Positions 62,201 through 64,000 of a stretch of 64,000 nt of DNA are shown here, piece by piece; position 1 is the first letter of the stretch, and each line of letters opens with the position of its first letter. The position numbers were made by a program, and so were the translations under genes. The notes beneath the pieces were generated by a model. That model saw only the letters and a program-made list of their open reading frames with translations, was not told the origin of the DNA and searched no databases. Source of the DNA: Octopus sinensis (Eukaryota); NCBI RefSeq assembly GCF_006345805.1, contig NC_042997.1:207018001-207082000 (forward strand), given 5' to 3'.

Positions 62201-64000
62201 GTTGAGGCAGCATCAGCAGTTCATCGAACTTGAACCTGGAGTTCAGATTCTGCAGCTGGCACAGCAGCAGTTCAGACAGCATCAGCAGTTCATCGAACTT
62301 GAAATTGGAGTTCAGTTTCTGCAGCTCGAACAGCAGCAGTTGAGGCAGCATCTGCACTTCATCGAACTTGAAACTGGAGTTCAGTTTCTGTAGCTTGCAC
62401 AGTAGCATTTGAGGCAGCATCAGTAGTTCATCGAACTTGAAACTGGCGTTCAGTTTCTGCAGCTGGCACAGCAGCAGTTGAGGCAGCATCTGCACTTCAT
62501 CGAACTTGAAACTGGAGTTCAGTTTCTGCAGCTGGCACAGCAGCAGTTGAAGCAGCATCAGCAGTTCATCGAACTTGAAACTGGAGTTCATTTTCTGCAG
62601 CTCGAACAGCAGCAGTTGAGGCAGCATCAGCACTTCATCGAACTTGAAACTGGAGTTCAGTTTATGCAGCTGGCACAGCAGCATTTGAAGCAGCATCAGC
62701 AGTTCATCGAACTTGAAACTGGATTTCAGTTTCTCCAGCTGGCACAGCAGCAGTTGAAGCAGCATCAGCAGTTCATCGATATTGAAACTGGAGTTCAGTT
62801 TCTGCAGCTGGCACAGCAGCATTTGAAGCAGCATCAGCACTTCATCGAAATTGAAACTGGAGTTCATTTTCTGCAGCTCGAACAGCAGCAGTTGAAGCAG
62901 CATCAGCCGTTCGTCGAACTTGAAACTGGAGTTCAGTTTCTGCAGCTGGCACAGCAGCAGTTGAAGCAGCATCAGCCGTTCGTCGAACTTGAAACTGGAG
63001 TTCAGTTTCTGCAGCTGGCACAGTAGCAGTTGAAGCAGCATCAGCCGTTCGTCGAACTTGAAACTGGAGTTCAGTTTCTGCAGCTGGCACAGCAGCAGTT
63101 GAAGCAGCATCAGTCGTTCGTCGAATTTGAAACGAGTTCAGTTTCTGCAGCTGGCACAGCAGCAGTTGAGGCAGCATCAGCCGTCCGTCGAACTTGAAAC
63201 TGGAGTTCAGTTTCTGCAGCTGTTATAGCAGCAGTTGAAGCAGCATCAGCCGTTCGTCGAACTTGAAACGAGTTCAGTTTCTGCAGCTGGCACAGCAGCA
63301 GTTGAGGCAGCATCAGGAGTTCATCGAACTTGAAACTGGAGTTCAGTTTCTGCAGCTGGCACAGCAGCAGTTGAAGCAGCATCAGCCGTTCGTCGAACTT
63401 GAAACTGGAGTTCAGTTTCTTCAGCTCGCACAGCAGCAGTTGAGGCAGCATCAGCCGTTGTCGAACTTGAAACGAGTTCAGTTTCTGCAGCTGGCACAGC
63501 AGCAGTTGAGGCAGCATCAGAGTTCATCGAACTTGAAACTGGAGTTCAGTTTCTGCAGCTGGGACAGCAGCAGTTGAGGCAGCTCAGCAGTCGTCGAACT
63601 TGAAACTTGAAACTGGAGTTCAGTTTCTGCAGCTGGCACAGCAGCAGTTGAGGCAGCATCAGGAGTTCATTTTCGAAACTTGAAACTGAGTTCAGTTTCT
63701 GCAGCTGGCACAGCAGCAGTTGAGGCAGCATCAGCAGTTCGTCGAACTTGAAACTGGAGTTCAGTTTCTGCAGCTGGCACAGCAGCAGTTGAGGCAGCAT
63801 CAGCAGTTCGTCGAACTTGAAACTGGAGTTCAGTTTCTGCAGCTGGCACAGCAGCAGTTGAGGCAGCATCAGCAGTTCGTCGAACTTGAAACTGGAGTTC
63901 AGTTTCTGCCGCTGGCACAGCAGCAGTTGAGGCAGCATCAGCAGTTCATCGAACTTGAAACTGGAGTTCAGTTTCTGCAGCTGGCACAGCAGCAGTTGAG
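53259..64000 (-). mobile_element. Helitron (decayed Rep/Pif1-helicase), 3' terminus intact, 5' part running out of the window
   Basis: The 3' end on the minus strand is hairpin ccgagcaatgccggg, then tatctctg, CTAG (53259-53262) and T. Rep motifs are GRPNLFITFTCNPKW and YTVEWQKRGLPHAHILLWL. Helicase motifs are FFLDAPGRTGKTF, IVWDECTMAH, LSGDFRQTLP, FAMSINKSQGQTL and HGQLYVGCSRV. There are many stops and frameshifts. Confidence 0.93.
57691..64000 (-). repeat. 69-bp tandem array (~90 units in window) encoding a 23-aa STPR-like repeat in the Helitron frame
   Basis: The + unit is cagcagcagttgaggcagcatcagcagttc(a/g)tcgaacttgaaactggagttcagtttctgcagctggca. The minus frame reads (P/R)AAETELQFQVR(R/*)TADAASTAAV. 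Confidence 0.97.

Noticed and set aside
57523-63938. Long Gln-rich (+) and Leu-rich (-) ORFs as novel coiled-coil or LRR proteins
   Set aside because: They are alternative frames of the 69-bp unit and are broken by scattered frameshifts. Only the third frame connects to RepHel. No splice sites link the + frame to the host gene.

Overview
This is eukaryotic, repeat-saturated DNA. It is most likely an octopod cephalopod genome, inferred from recalled SINE and RTE repeat families and not database-checked. The only host gene is a + strand PARP14-like gene (RRM-like modules plus a long KH-type linker exon). Four internal, phase-1 symmetric exons are visible: 11491-11688, 23777-24010, 30370-30603 and 44776-46224. 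The presumed macrodomain and PARP exons are not seen and probably lie beyond 64 kb. Everything else is probably intronic: decayed RTE, R4/Dong-like and HERO-like LINEs, Penelope-like elements, a Tc1 transposon, a foldback MITE, tRNA-derived SINEs, a Ty3/Gypsy provirus with a nested solo LTR, and a Helitron. Two large tandem arrays appear to have been born from mobile-element parts. One is a ~13.2 kb, 115-bp satellite resembling a SINE 3' body. The other is a >=6.3 kb, 69-bp array that continues in frame into the Helitron RepHel and looks like a runaway expansion of its 23-aa STPR-like N-terminal repeat. Two near-intact type I hammerhead ribozyme motifs and one relic occur in Penelope-type terminal repeats. 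Most long ORFs in the supplied track are repeat shadows. All analysis was by eye; identities and outer boundaries are approximate.
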